Of a DNA stretch of 32,000 bases, positions 8,344 through 18,210 are shown piece by piece. The notes under the pieces are model-generated. The model had not been told where the DNA came from. It worked only from the letters and a program-made list of their open reading frames with translations, and did not search any database. The stretch is from Candidatus Saccharimonadota bacterium (GTDB taxonomy: Bacteria > Bacteroidota > Bacteroidia > Cytophagales > Amoebophilaceae): assembly GCF_936981045.1 (NCBI RefSeq), contig NZ_OW441264.1, positions 30,001 through 62,000 of the forward strand, written 5' to 3'. The first letter of the stretch is position 1; each line of letters starts with the position of its first letter. The translations under genes were made by a program, and so were the position numbers.

Positions 8344-11091
8344 GTGACTAAGTCTTATCTCCCGCGTATCATTGCTTTAATGCCATTTATACTTAGCGGT
8401 GTATCTATTTTATCAAAAGCAACTGAATATTCTAATGGTGGTCTTTATTTTAATAAGGACTACAGCGCTGAGTATAGAAGCTGGATACTGCCAAATAGCT
8501 ACTTTAATAAAAAGAAGCCCTATGCCACTTATAAAAAATTTACCAACCGCCTTTTTTTAAATAAAAGTTACCAGTGGCTTGCCATACCACCTCGTACTAA
8601 AAAAGAAGAAGAAAAACCAGAATATGTTGCTCATTATCAGTCAAGTAACTCAATTATTTTTGATGCTAAAAAGAATATACTCGCTTTACATGGCACAAGT
8701 GCGCTTACTTATGGTAACCTGACACTAGAAGCAGATATAATCGCTTTGCATTTAAATGCCAACATAATTCGTGCACAAGGAACCAAGGATCTACATAATA
8801 CATCAATAGGGAGCCCTATTTTTACCTATAAGGATGTAATAAAAAACAAATATGGAAAAGATAGTGCTACCCAAACACGGACTTTTTTTATGGAAAAAAT
8901 CTGGTATAACATCGAAACCAAACGGGCTTTAGTAGATACCCTACTGACCAAGCAAAAAGAATCTATTGTAAAAAGTAAACAGGTAAAAAAAGAGGATGAA
9001 GAAACATTTTATGCTGAAGATATCATTTATACAACTTGCGGATTAGCGCATCCCCATTTTTACATACGCACCAAACGCGCTAAAATGGTTCAAGATAAAC
9101 AAATTACTACTGGACCTTTTCAGTTTTACTTTGATCATTCGCCTACCCCACTGGGATGTGTTTTTGGCACATTATTCCTAGAAGGAAAACGCACACATGG
9201 TATCATTCCACCAGAAATAGGGGAAGGAGACCATGGATTTTATCTCCGTAAGGGGGGATACTACATAAACTTTAATGATTATGCAGATATTTCTATTTTA
9301 GGTAGTATATATTCTACTGGCATTAGAGAGCTCAATAATGAACTGCGTTACAAAAAAAGATATCTGTGCAGTGGGAATGTGTATTATGCAACAAATATAG
9401 AGGAAAAAAAGAAAGGGTGGTCTTTAAAATGGGCACATAAAACGCTTGCACATGGCCCTAAAAGTTTCAATGCAAAGGTGGACTTCCATAGCGAATCCTA
9501 TGAAAAATTTGATTATGAGGATAAAAAAAATATAAAAAAGATGGAGGAACAATCTGCTGCTAGTTTATCTTACCGGGACCAACTGATAGGCTTCCCCTAT
9601 GGATTAACTGTACGAGCAGAGTTTAAAGAAAATATGACTTCCAATTTTAAAGATTGGACCCTTCCAAGGGGTACCCTAAGTAGTGTTTCTTGGTATCCGT
9701 TTAGAATGGTTCGATCTAAAGGTGTCAACCGTTGGTTCCATGCCATTCAGTTAAAGCATAACATAGATTTTGAAAATCATTTTCAAAATGCAAAAAAAGA
9801 GCCTGAGCCATCATCTAATAGCTCTTCTTCACTAGTTGTTCCTTCAACCCACCAATGGAATCATTACACAGAAACTGGTATAAAGCATACCATACCGTTT
9901 AGCATGCAATGTAAATTATTTGAATATATTAATTTAAAGCCTCATTTCACCTATGATGAAGGATGGTATTGGCTTAAAAAGGGCACAAAAGGGCCTATAC
10001 CGGTACCAGGGTTTAATAGAGTCTATGCTTGGCATGTCGGTGCAGAGCTAGGCACTACACTATACTGCACCCATTATTTTGAAGAAGCCAGATCGGTGCA
10101 AGGTTTTCGTATTAAGACGGAGCCTAGCGTTGACTTTACCCATACACCTGATTTCTCTAGAAAATACTACTACCAAACAGTAAAAAAAACACAAGGGAAA
10201 GAAGCACAAAAATATGCATTTGAAGGACTACGGCCACGCGTAGATTTAGCCGGTCATGCTACATCTATTCTAAGCTGTAAGCTACACAATACGGTTGAAT
10301 TAAAGGTAAAAAAAGAAGAAGATCCAGAAAAAAAAGAAAAAAAACAAACCAGCCGCAAAATCTTTTTATTAAAAAACTTAGATTTTGAAACAAAATATGA
10401 TTTTCAAGCAAAAGAGCGCCCATTAGATGACATTGATATGCATATCGCTAGTGAAGCAAAAGTAGGAGCAATGGGCAAGATTGGCTTTGACTTAACCACA
10501 AAGTTTGATCCTTATCGATCATTACCTAACCCATTAGATAGTGGTGACATCAAAAAAGAATTTACTAATGAGTTTGCATGGAACCATGGTCAGTATTTAG
10601 GGAAAGTTAAAGAAGTAAAATTCAAGGCAACCATAGATTTTGCAGACGATTCGGTTAAAAAGAAAAAGAAAAAGAAAAAGCTATTCAATGATCGTGATCA
10701 CTTGACCCATAAAATGGAAGAGAACAAGATAGAATTTGAAGTACCTTGGACTTTTGGCTCAGAGTTTAATTGGATCTATCAAAAACTATATGAATATAAA
10801 CAAGGTAACAAAGATTATAATACAGAAAAATATATAACCTTTAATGGGACTATTACTTTGGTTAAAAAGTGGAAAGTAAGCCTACGTACCACTTATAATT
10901 TTACTAAAAATGAATCTGATCCATCTGCTACAGAAATTTACATTCAACGAGATTTACATTGCTGGCAATTGAGTTATCAATGGTATCCACGATCAAACCC
11001 AGCTAAATATGATTTTTCTTTAGGTGTCAAAGCAAATGTTTTAAAAGCATTAAAGCTACCAAGAAAAAGAAGCTATAATAAACTAAGCTAA
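8344..11091 (+). CDS. lptD: LptD/OstA-like outer-membrane LPS-assembly protein (Bacteroidota long form)
   Basis: 915-aa ORF with a GTG start and a signal-like N-terminus. It has an OstA-like N-domain pattern (IIFDAKKNILALHGTSALTYGNLTLEADIIALHLNANIIRAQG). The TTCGLAHPHFYIRTKRAKMV..K.ITTGPFQFYFDHSPTPLG segment is typical of Bacteroidota LptD homologues. Lys-rich low-complexity insertions are present. Confidence 0.6.
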   Translation: MTKSYLPRIIALMPFILSGVSILSKATEYSNGGLYFNKDYSAEYRSWILPNSYFNKKKPYATYKKFTNRLFLNKSYQWLAIPPRTKKEEEKPEYVAHYQSSNSIIFDAKKNILALHGTSALTYGNLTLEADIIALHLNANIIRAQGTKDLHNTSIGSPIFTYKDVIKNKYGKDSATQTRTFFMEKIWYNIETKRALVDTLLTKQKESIVKSKQVKKEDEETFYAEDIIYTTCGLAHPHFYIRTKRAKMVQDKQITTGPFQFYFDHSPTPLGCVFGTLFLEGKRTHGIIPPEIGEGDHGFYLRKGGYYINFNDYADISILGSIYSTGIRELNNELRYKKRYLCSGNVYYATNIEEKKKGWSLKWAHKTLAHGPKSFNAKVDFHSESYEKFDYEDKKNIKKMEEQSAASLSYRDQLIGFPYGLTVRAEFKENMTSNFKDWTLPRGTLSSVSWYPFRMVRSKGVNRWFHAIQLKHNIDFENHFQNAKKEPEPSSNSSSSLVVPSTHQWNHYTETGIKHTIPFSMQCKLFEYINLKPHFTYDEGWYWLKKGTKGPIPVPGFNRVYAWHVGAELGTTLYCTHYFEEARSVQGFRIKTEPSVDFTHTPDFSRKYYYQTVKKTQGKEAQKYAFEGLRPRVDLAGHATSILSCKLHNTVELKVKKEEDPEKKEKKQTSRKIFLLKNLDFETKYDFQAKERPLDDIDMHIASEAKVGAMGKIGFDLTTKFDPYRSLPNPLDSGDIKKEFTNEFAWNHGQYLGKVKEVKFKATIDFADDSVKKKKKKKKLFNDRDHLTHKMEENKIEFEVPWTFGSEFNWIYQKLYEYKQGNKDYNTEKYITFNGTITLVKKWKVSLRTTYNFTKNESDPSATEIYIQRDLHCWQLSYQWYPRSNPAKYDFSLGVKANVLKALKLPRKRSYNKLS

Positions 11092-11174
11092 ACCATACAT
11101 ATCCGTTGGAAGTGTTCGGTAAACCATAGGCGTCAAGTTAAGGATTCATGGAGATTGCTTTGATCCTATTTAGT

Positions 11175-11320
11175 GGGTCTTTCGATTTAAGTGTGTAAAT
11201 ATTTTTCAAGTTGTATATTTATTTATCTAACTACCTACCCTTAAAACGATGAAAAGTAAAGAGACACCTAAAGACGGGATAAGTAAAGCGATAGACTATA
11301 GTGGACTGATTTATCCGGAC
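11175..11320 (+). mobile_element. IS256-family left-end remnant (IR plus the first ~20 codons of the transposase)
   Basis: GGGTCTTTCGATTTAAGTGTGTAAATATTTTTCAAG aligns with the end of the IS256-like element at 21217-21182. ATGAAAAGTAAAGAGACACCTAAAGACGGGATAAGTAAAGCGATAGAC aligns with that element's MKRKETVKDGISKAIDV start. Similarity is lost after roughly 140 bp. Confidence 0.65.
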
Positions 11321-11480
11321 AAACTTTCACTAATTTCAGTCTGTAAATAAAATTGTGTAAGTGCTTATTATTAACTAATCTAGTGCCTTAAATCACTAGT
11401 GCTAAATGAAGAATAAGCAATGGAACAACAACAAATAAGTATAGATCGAAATCTACTAAATGAATTAGCGAAGTCTATTA

Positions 11481-11720
11481 ACGTGAGTTCGGGATTTATT
11501 TGACTGATTTACAACAACTTAATATCAATTATTTAATTAATATTTGCACCTATTTAACAAGTTTTTATATCTAATTTTATAAATATAATATATATAATAA
11601 ACTGATTATCAGAATTATTTGTTATTCAACTACCTATTTAACTGTCTATAAAACAAATTTTATAAATTTTTATTAATATTGATTATCAAATGAAAAAATA
11701 ATCTAATCCCGAACTCACGT
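11481..11720 (+). mobile_element. 240-bp non-coding MITE, copy b
   Basis: ACGTGAGTTCGGGATTTATTTGACTG ... AATCCCGAACTCACGT. It is near-identical to copy a. Flanks are TATTA / ATTAT. Confidence 0.85.
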
Positions 11721-11854
11721 ATTATTGAATAAGATGCGCCAGTTTTTACTTAGATTTGAGGAGTTAGCCATCATCCAGTATACGACCTATGCCAGGTGTA
11801 GTGCATCTGTTTGGTCTTAAAGTAATAATTACTAACGTAGTAACATAGATATCC

Positions 11855-13342
11855 ATGCATTTAGTTCCAGAAAGCTTACTTATTGCCGGCTCTTTTTTAC
11901 TTTTTCTGAGTATTGTCATTACCAAGCTATCTACCAGATTAGGAATTCCAGCGTTGATTATTTTTTTATTGGTAGGTATGGCGGCAGGTCATGAAAAATT
12001 AGGGAATATTGACTTTCACAATCCTGTAGCTGCCCAATTATTGGGTGCTATTACCTTGAGTTTGATTCTTTTTACAGGAGGTATAGAAACCGAATACAAG
12101 CATATACGACCCATTCTTTGGAATGGTATATTACTCGCAACCGTAGGTATTTTAATTACTACTTTTAGTGTGGGCCTATTCATTTGGGGTATTACAGCCC
12201 TTTGGGGAAGTAGTATACAATTCACTTTATTAGAAGGCCTACTCATGGGTTCGATTGTTGCTTCTACAGATGCAGCTGCCGTCTTTGCGATTATTCGGGC
12301 TAAAAACATGAACCTAAAGGCCAATCTTAGCCCCATGCTAGAATTAGAATCTGGCAGTAATGATACGATGGCTTGGTTTTTAATGTTTTTATTTAAAGGG
12401 TTACTCGTCAACAAACAGGCCATCAGTCCTATGGCAGCTATTTTTACCTTTATTCAAGAAATGGTTGTAGGAGGGGTAGCCGGCTTCTTAGTTGGTAAAA
12501 TCATGCTTGTATTGCTTGATAACCTTCGCCTGGCCAATCGCTCGCTTTATCCAGGTTTGATACTGGCTGTCGTTATTTTTACCTACTCAGCCACACACTT
12601 TTTGCATGGCAATGCCTTTCTTGCGGTGTACCTGGTCGGATTAATCTTAGGCAATAAAGATTTTCCACATAAAAAAAGCATCATCCAATTTTGTCAAGGC
12701 ATTTCTTGGTTGATGCAAATCATTATGTTTATTATGTTAGGGCTATTGGTCTATCCCAGTCAACTCATACCTATAGCTGGGATTGGCCTATTACTTTCCA
12801 TCTTTTTAATGTTTGTAGCCCGCCCGTTGAGTGTGTTTGTTTCATTGTTTTTTTCTAAAACATTAAATGTAAACCACAAAATTTTTATCTCTTGGGTAGG
12901 GCTTAGAGGGGCTGTTCCGATTGTGTTTGCTACTTACCCATTGTTAGATAATATTCACCAAGCAGATGTCATCTACCATATTGTTTTTTTTGTTGTCCTT
13001 ACTTCTATTTTATTTCAAGGCACAACCCTTTCGCCGCTGGCCAAGTGGCTACAATTAGAAGCCCCAAAAGTGGAAAAATATGAACCTACGATTCAGTTAT
13101 CCAAGGAGGTGGACAGTGAATTAATAGAAGTGATTGTGCCAGAAGACTCTCCTGCTATTGGTAAAAAAATAGTACAGTTAAGCTTGCCAGAGAATGTATT
13201 GATTGCTCTTATAAAACGCAATAGTGCATATGTTATTCCCAGAGGTGATACGGTCATTATTGCCTTTGACTTGCTCATGATTATAGCAGAAAAAAAGCAA
13301 GCCATTCATATCGTAAAGGAGCAACTGGGTATAGTACATTAG
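11855..13342 (+). CDS. nhaP2: K+/H+ (cation:proton) antiporter, NhaP2/CvrA type, with a C-terminal TrkA-C-like domain
   Basis: 495-aa polytopic ORF. LGIPALIIFLLVGMAAG...FTGGIET...ASTDAAAVFAI...LELESGSND matches the CPA1 NhaP2 pattern. The C-terminal 80 aa (IEVIVPEDSPAIGKKIVQLSLPENVLIALIKRN...) resemble a TrkA-C/RCK_C domain. Confidence 0.8.
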   Translation: MHLVPESLLIAGSFLLFLSIVITKLSTRLGIPALIIFLLVGMAAGHEKLGNIDFHNPVAAQLLGAITLSLILFTGGIETEYKHIRPILWNGILLATVGILITTFSVGLFIWGITALWGSSIQFTLLEGLLMGSIVASTDAAAVFAIIRAKNMNLKANLSPMLELESGSNDTMAWFLMFLFKGLLVNKQAISPMAAIFTFIQEMVVGGVAGFLVGKIMLVLLDNLRLANRSLYPGLILAVVIFTYSATHFLHGNAFLAVYLVGLILGNKDFPHKKSIIQFCQGISWLMQIIMFIMLGLLVYPSQLIPIAGIGLLLSIFLMFVARPLSVFVSLFFSKTLNVNHKIFISWVGLRGAVPIVFATYPLLDNIHQADVIYHIVFFVVLTSILFQGTTLSPLAKWLQLEAPKVEKYEPTIQLSKEVDSELIEVIVPEDSPAIGKKIVQLSLPENVLIALIKRNSAYVIPRGDTVIIAFDLLMIIAEKKQAIHIVKEQLGIVH

Positions 13343-13419
13343 CTGTTTTTTAACTATAATTGTCTACTATACCGGTAGCTATAGCTTTTGCATATATATG
13401 CCTCAAGTAAACAACTAAT

Positions 13420-14814
13420 ATGTCTCAAGAATATGATCTTATTATAATTGGAAGTGGTCCAGGTGGGTATGTTGCCGCTATTAGAGCAGCTCAGTTGGGT
13501 ATGCAGGTTGCGGTTATAGAACAAGAAGCACTTGGTGGCGTTTGTCTAAATTGGGGTTGTATTCCTACAAAAGCATTATTAAAAAGTGCCCAGGTATTTG
13601 ATTATTTTAACCATGCTGCATCTTACGGTATTGAGGTCATCCAAGCTAGGCCCAATTTTGGGGCTATTATGAAGCGGAGCCGAGATGTGGTAGCTACTAT
13701 GAACAAGGGCATTCACCATCTTTTTAAAAAGCATAACATTACCATCCTAGAAGGGCGTGGGAAACTGCTCTCTCATAGTACTGCCTCGGTTACTACACCA
13801 GCAGGTACTACCCACCTTTATCGTGCGCAACATATTATCTTAGCAACGGGCGCAAGAAGTCGTCAGTTGCCCCATCTACCTATTGATGGATCCCATATTA
13901 TGGGCTATAGAGAAGCACTGGTACGCACTACGCAACCAGCCTCTATAGTGATTGTAGGGGGCGGCGCTATTGGATGTGAATTCGCCTACTTTTACCATAC
14001 AATAGGAACAAAAGTTACTTTGGTGGAGTATACTCCCTATTTATTACCACTTGAAGATGAAGATGTATCCAAACAAATCCTAAAATCTTTTACTAAAAAG
14101 GGTATGCAGGTCTATACTGCTGCAGAAATTACCAAAGTGGAGGCGATGCAAACCTCGTCTAAAGTACATATTGCTACTCAATCGGGCGATCTGCAGATGG
14201 AAAGTGACCTAGTTCTTACTGCTGTTGGTGTGCAGCCTAATATAGAAAATATTGGTTTAGAGGAAAACGGTATTCTTATGGAAACAGGTAAGATTGCAGT
14301 AAATCCCTATTATAGGACCAGTTGCAACGGGGTCTATGCTGTTGGCGATCTTATCAAAGGGCCTGCTTTAGCCCACGTAGCATCAGCAGAAGGTATTATT
14401 TGTGTAGAAAAAATAGCAGGGCTTACACCAGAACCGTTAGATTATAATAATCTACCCGCTTGTACCTACGCACAACCTGAAGTAGCCTCCGTAGGTTATA
14501 CAGAGAAATCTGCAAAAGAGGCCGGTTATAAGATTAAAGTAGGTATATTTCCATTTTCTGCTTCTGGAAAAGCGCATGCAGCTGGTGCACCAGAAGGGTT
14601 TGTAAAAGTGATTTTTGATGCCCAGTATGGGGAATGGCTTGGTGCACATATGGTGGGTGCCCATGTCACAGAAATGATCGCAGAGGTAGTGGTAGCACGT
14701 AAATTGGAAACTACTGCATATGAAATTCAAAATAGTACGCATCCCCATCCGACCATGTCAGAAGCCATTATGGAAGCAGTGGCAGCTGCTTATGGAGAGG
14801 TGATTCACGTTTAA
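13420..14814 (+). CDS. lpdA: Dihydrolipoyl dehydrogenase (E3 component)
   Basis: 464 aa. GSGPGGYVAAIRAAQLG is the FAD site, GGVCLNWGCIPTKALL is the redox disulfide motif, and HPHPTMSEA is the C-terminal interface motif. Confidence 0.9.
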   Translation: MSQEYDLIIIGSGPGGYVAAIRAAQLGMQVAVIEQEALGGVCLNWGCIPTKALLKSAQVFDYFNHAASYGIEVIQARPNFGAIMKRSRDVVATMNKGIHHLFKKHNITILEGRGKLLSHSTASVTTPAGTTHLYRAQHIILATGARSRQLPHLPIDGSHIMGYREALVRTTQPASIVIVGGGAIGCEFAYFYHTIGTKVTLVEYTPYLLPLEDEDVSKQILKSFTKKGMQVYTAAEITKVEAMQTSSKVHIATQSGDLQMESDLVLTAVGVQPNIENIGLEENGILMETGKIAVNPYYRTSCNGVYAVGDLIKGPALAHVASAEGIICVEKIAGLTPEPLDYNNLPACTYAQPEVASVGYTEKSAKEAGYKIKVGIFPFSASGKAHAAGAPEGFVKVIFDAQYGEWLGAHMVGAHVTEMIAEVVVARKLETTAYEIQNSTHPHPTMSEAIMEAVAAAYGEVIHV

Positions 14815-15001
14815 TGGTTGCGATAGGATGCAAACTACGACCAAAAAAATTGTTGAACTATTTAAATATCCTGTATATTTGGTAGTATCGTTTTTAGCTT
14901 TGGAATAAAATGGAATATTAAATTGCGTAGATAGAAAAAGTGCAATGTGCGCATTGCATACGGTTTGGTTAATTAAGCTATAAAACAAATTTGCGTCTAG
15001 C

Positions 15002-15784
15002 ATGGAAAAAACAGAATCATTACAAAGTAATCTAGAAGATGGTATCTTAACCATTACTTTTCAAACCGGTTCAAAATCCTTTACTTTAACAGATAAAAGG
15101 CTTATGGAATTGCGTAATGTCATTCAAGAAGTGTATGACGATGATGCCATAGAAGGCGTAATTATTACTGGAGAAGGAGAAGAAATTTTCTCCTTAGGAA
15201 TAGAGGTTTCTGAACTGCTCAAGTTAAGCGAGTTGAATGCAAGAAAGTTTGCAGAAAATGGTCAAGAGGTATTGGCTTTTATAGAAAATTGTCCTAAACC
15301 TATTCTAGCTGCTGTGAATGGTTACGCTTTCGGCGCTGGCTTTGAGCTAGCATTGGCTTGCCATTTTCGATTTGCTTCTGAGAATGCTACCTTTGCTTTT
15401 CCAGAAATTGCTTATGGTGTTATTCCTGGTTTTGGTGGTACACAACGGTTGACGCAATTATTAGGAAAGACCAAAGCATTAGAGTATCTCATGACCGGTA
15501 AGCGTATTGATGCAGAAGACGCAGAACGCATGGGCCTGGTGAGTGAAGTGGTGAGTTATAAGGAAGAAATGCTTAAGAAGGCTAAAAAGTGGCTTACATC
15601 TATTACAAATAATGCAGATTTGGCACTGGGTATGTTGGTAACTTGTGTAAATGCGGCCGAAAACCCAGATGAAAATGGTTTTCAAACAGAAGCCAATGGT
15701 TTTGCCAACTGCTTTAAAGCGATAGACCTTAAAGAGAAACTCATGAAGATTATCGATAAACAATCGCTTCTACAAATGAAGTAG
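15002..15784 (+). CDS. Enoyl-CoA hydratase/isomerase (crotonase) family protein
   Basis: 260 aa. AAVNGYAFGAGFELALACHFRFAS...FAFPEIAYGVIPGFGGTQRL is the crotonase oxyanion-hole signature. Confidence 0.85.
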   Translation: MEKTESLQSNLEDGILTITFQTGSKSFTLTDKRLMELRNVIQEVYDDDAIEGVIITGEGEEIFSLGIEVSELLKLSELNARKFAENGQEVLAFIENCPKPILAAVNGYAFGAGFELALACHFRFASENATFAFPEIAYGVIPGFGGTQRLTQLLGKTKALEYLMTGKRIDAEDAERMGLVSEVVSYKEEMLKKAKKWLTSITNNADLALGMLVTCVNAAENPDENGFQTEANGFANCFKAIDLKEKLMKIIDKQSLLQMK

Positions 15785-15883
15785 CCTGATCCAATAACAT
15801 ATCTGCTTAGGTGAAGGGTAAGCAAAAAAGGAATGATGTATCGCCCTTTTGGCTTGATCAAATGATGTGCAAAAAATCAAGCC

Positions 15884-16013
15884 CTGACGCAAAAAGTTGC
15901 TGAAAGTCTACCTTTACAGATGGCAAATCAGCGTGCACCCTGCAAACCCAACCAAGCCGGTTTTCTACTCTTCTTTCACCGTAGACTTGCTGATCGTAAC
16001 TTTTTACAAGGGA
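15884..16013 (-). repeat. P-type palindromic intergenic repeat, copy P2 (inverted orientation)
   Basis: The reverse complement reads CCCTTGTAAAAAGTTACGATCAGCAAGTCTACGG ... GGTAGACTTTCAGCAACTTTTTGCGTCAG, and the arms pair over about 30 nt. Confidence 0.6.
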
Positions 16014-16088
16014 GCGTTTTTTCTTTTTTTTAGAATAGTCTTGCCAGCAAGCTGAATGGATACGTTAGTAATTAGGTATAGCTTGGGG

Positions 16089-16155
16089 GGTTCTGTCGCG
16101 TCTATATTTTCGTTAGTAAAGGCTTTTCTTTTAAGTGAAGTTTTGGATATATATT
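16089..16155 (-). mobile_element. Solo IS6 right-end fragment (67 bp) abutting the left IR of IS6 copy 3
   Basis: GGTTCTGTCGCGTCTATATTTTCGTTAGTAAAGGCTTTTCTTTTAAGTGAAGTTTTGGATATATATT is the same as the right-end terminal segment at 19810-19876 and 23948-24014. It ends exactly where the copy 3 IR begins. Confidence 0.85.
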
Positions 16156-16996
16156 GGTTCTGTCGCGTTTATTCCAAAAAATCATTATTTTAGTATCTGT
16201 AGTTAAAAAAGTAGTTATTATGTTTAATATTTCGCCCAAATTATTACCTTATTTTAAAGGCTATTGTTTTTCAGCAGAAGTCATCCTGTTATTTGTTTAG
16301 ATGAAGTGTCGTTTTTCCTTGAGTTATAGAGATTTGGAAGATATGATGCGTATGAGAGGCGCAAGAGTTGATCATTCTACGCTACAAAGATGGGTTATTA
16401 AGTTTGTTCCTCTTATAGATGAAGCAGTAAGCAAAAGAAAACGACCAGTTGGTGGTAGTTGGAGAATGGATGAAACCTATGTTAAACTAAACGGGAAGTG
16501 GATCTATTTATATAGAGCAGTAGATCATTATGGTGATACAGTTGACTTTTTTCTATCTAAGCATAGAGACAAGTCTGCAGCTTTTTTTTTTCGTAAGGCG
16601 ATCACAGAAAATAATATTCCTAAGAAAGTAGTAATTGACAAAAGCGGTAGTAATAAAGCTGCCTTTGATGCGATCAATACAGATCTTGATCAAGATCATA
16701 CCATTCAAATATTTCAAAACAAATACTTGAATAATAGAGTTGAACAAGATCATAGGTTTATCAAAAAACGGCTAAAACCTATGCTTAGTTTTAAGTGTTT
16801 TAAGGCTGCAGCCATTACCATTGCAGGGATAGAAAACATTCGTATGATTCAAAAAGGAAAAGTAATCGGAGCTAAAAATCATCTTTCTATTTTTGAGAAT
16901 TTTGTTATGCTAATGGCCGAATAATACCCAATATATATCCAAAACTTCACTTAAAAGAAAAGACGTTACTAACGAAAATATAGACGCGACAGAACC
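16156..16996 (+). mobile_element. IS6-family insertion sequence, copy 3
   Basis: IRs are GGTTCTGTCGCGT at 16156 and its complement ending at 16996. The element is 841 bp. Confidence 0.9.
16220..16924 (+). pseudogene. IS6-family transposase with an in-frame TAG after codon 26 (downstream ORF 16301..16924 otherwise intact)
   Basis: MFNISPKLLPYFKGYCFSAEVILLFV is followed by TAG at 16298-16300 and then MKCRFSLSYRDLEDMM... A 3-nt in-frame deletion lies in a T-run (SAAFFFRK versus SAAFSFFRK in copy 4). Confidence 0.8.
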
Positions 16997-17009
16997 TTAT
17001 TGACTTAAT

Positions 17010-17036
17010 AGCCCTTTCCATTTAAGGGCTTTTTTG
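17010..17036 (+). terminator. Rho-independent terminator-like hairpin
   Basis: AGCCCTT TCCATTT AAGGGCT is followed by TTTTTT. It lies 14 nt after the IS6 copy 3 end and 47 nt before the next start codon. Confidence 0.45.
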
Positions 17037-17082
17037 TACATTGAAGCCATTCTTTTAACCTCAACAACCTTGATTAGGCCCT

Positions 17083-18195
17083 ATGAAAATAACAGAACAA
17101 ACTGTTTCTAATTATATTTTTAGCAACTACCCAAATGACTCCACCCATTTTTCCCAAAAAGGACATGAACAGGTGGTCTATTTTCAAGATGAAGCAACGG
17201 GTTTGCAAGCCATTGTGGCCATACATGATACTACATTAGGGCCTGCTGTTGGTGGGTTGCGTTTTTTTGAATACCAAGATGAGCGAGATGCGCTTAAGGA
17301 TGTACTACGTCTTTCCCGTGGCATGACCTACAAATCATCTATAGCTGGATTAGACTTCGGCGGCGGTAAAGCTGTGCTTATGAAGAAAAAAGGCATGGAA
17401 CTTACCGAAGCACTGCTGAGAAAATATGGAACTTTTATAGAGCGGTTAGGCGGTGATTACATTACTGCACCAGATTACAATACCACTATGGAGCATATGG
17501 TAGATATTGCTAAATCAACCCGTCATGTTATAGGTCTTCCTGTAACACTAGGTGGTAGTGGTGATCCTTCTGAGCATACCGCTTATGGGGTCTATATTGC
17601 CATGAAAGCCACTGCAAAGAAAACATTTGGTACAGATAGCTTAGCGGGCAAAAAAATTGGTATAGCCGGCATAGGTAAAGTCGGCTACTCTTTAGCCAAA
17701 TTACTCTGCCAAGAGCAAGCGATTGTTTACGTAACCGATATCTGCTCCAAACGGCTTCAAGCCATAACGGAAGTCTGCAAAGTAGAAGTAGTAGCAGCTG
17801 AACGTTTGTACAGCTGGCCACTAGACATATATGCACCATGTGCTTTGGGTGCCACCTTAAATAGTGCAACCATTCCCATGCTGAATTGTTCCATTGTAGT
17901 CGGTTCGGCCAATAACCAACTAGCAGATCAAGACCGGGATGGTAAACTGTTGCTTAAAAGAGGCATTATATATGCACCAGACTTTTTGGCCAATGCAGGC
18001 GGCTTAATCAACGCCGTTACGGAACTAGAACCCAAGTCGCAAGATTTGGTCAAAAAACGTATAGAGCTGCTCTATATCATCTGTCTGGATGTATTAGATA
18101 AAGCTGCAAAAACATTTCGCCCAACCCAGGAAGTAGCACAAGAAATAGCTATAGCACGCATTCAAAGCATAAAAAATGCGCAACTTGGCCGATAA
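17083..18195 (+). CDS. Leucine/valine dehydrogenase (Glu/Leu/Phe/Val dehydrogenase family)
   Basis: 370 aa. GPAVGGLRFFEY...LRLSRGMTYKSSIAGLDFGGGKAVL contains the catalytic Lys motif. GIAGIGKVG is the Rossmann motif. Confidence 0.8.
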   Translation: MKITEQTVSNYIFSNYPNDSTHFSQKGHEQVVYFQDEATGLQAIVAIHDTTLGPAVGGLRFFEYQDERDALKDVLRLSRGMTYKSSIAGLDFGGGKAVLMKKKGMELTEALLRKYGTFIERLGGDYITAPDYNTTMEHMVDIAKSTRHVIGLPVTLGGSGDPSEHTAYGVYIAMKATAKKTFGTDSLAGKKIGIAGIGKVGYSLAKLLCQEQAIVYVTDICSKRLQAITEVCKVEVVAAERLYSWPLDIYAPCALGATLNSATIPMLNCSIVVGSANNQLADQDRDGKLLLKRGIIYAPDFLANAGGLINAVTELEPKSQDLVKKRIELLYIICLDVLDKAAKTFRPTQEVAQEIAIARIQSIKNAQLGR

Positions 18196-18210
18196 AACCA
18201 CTCCATTATA

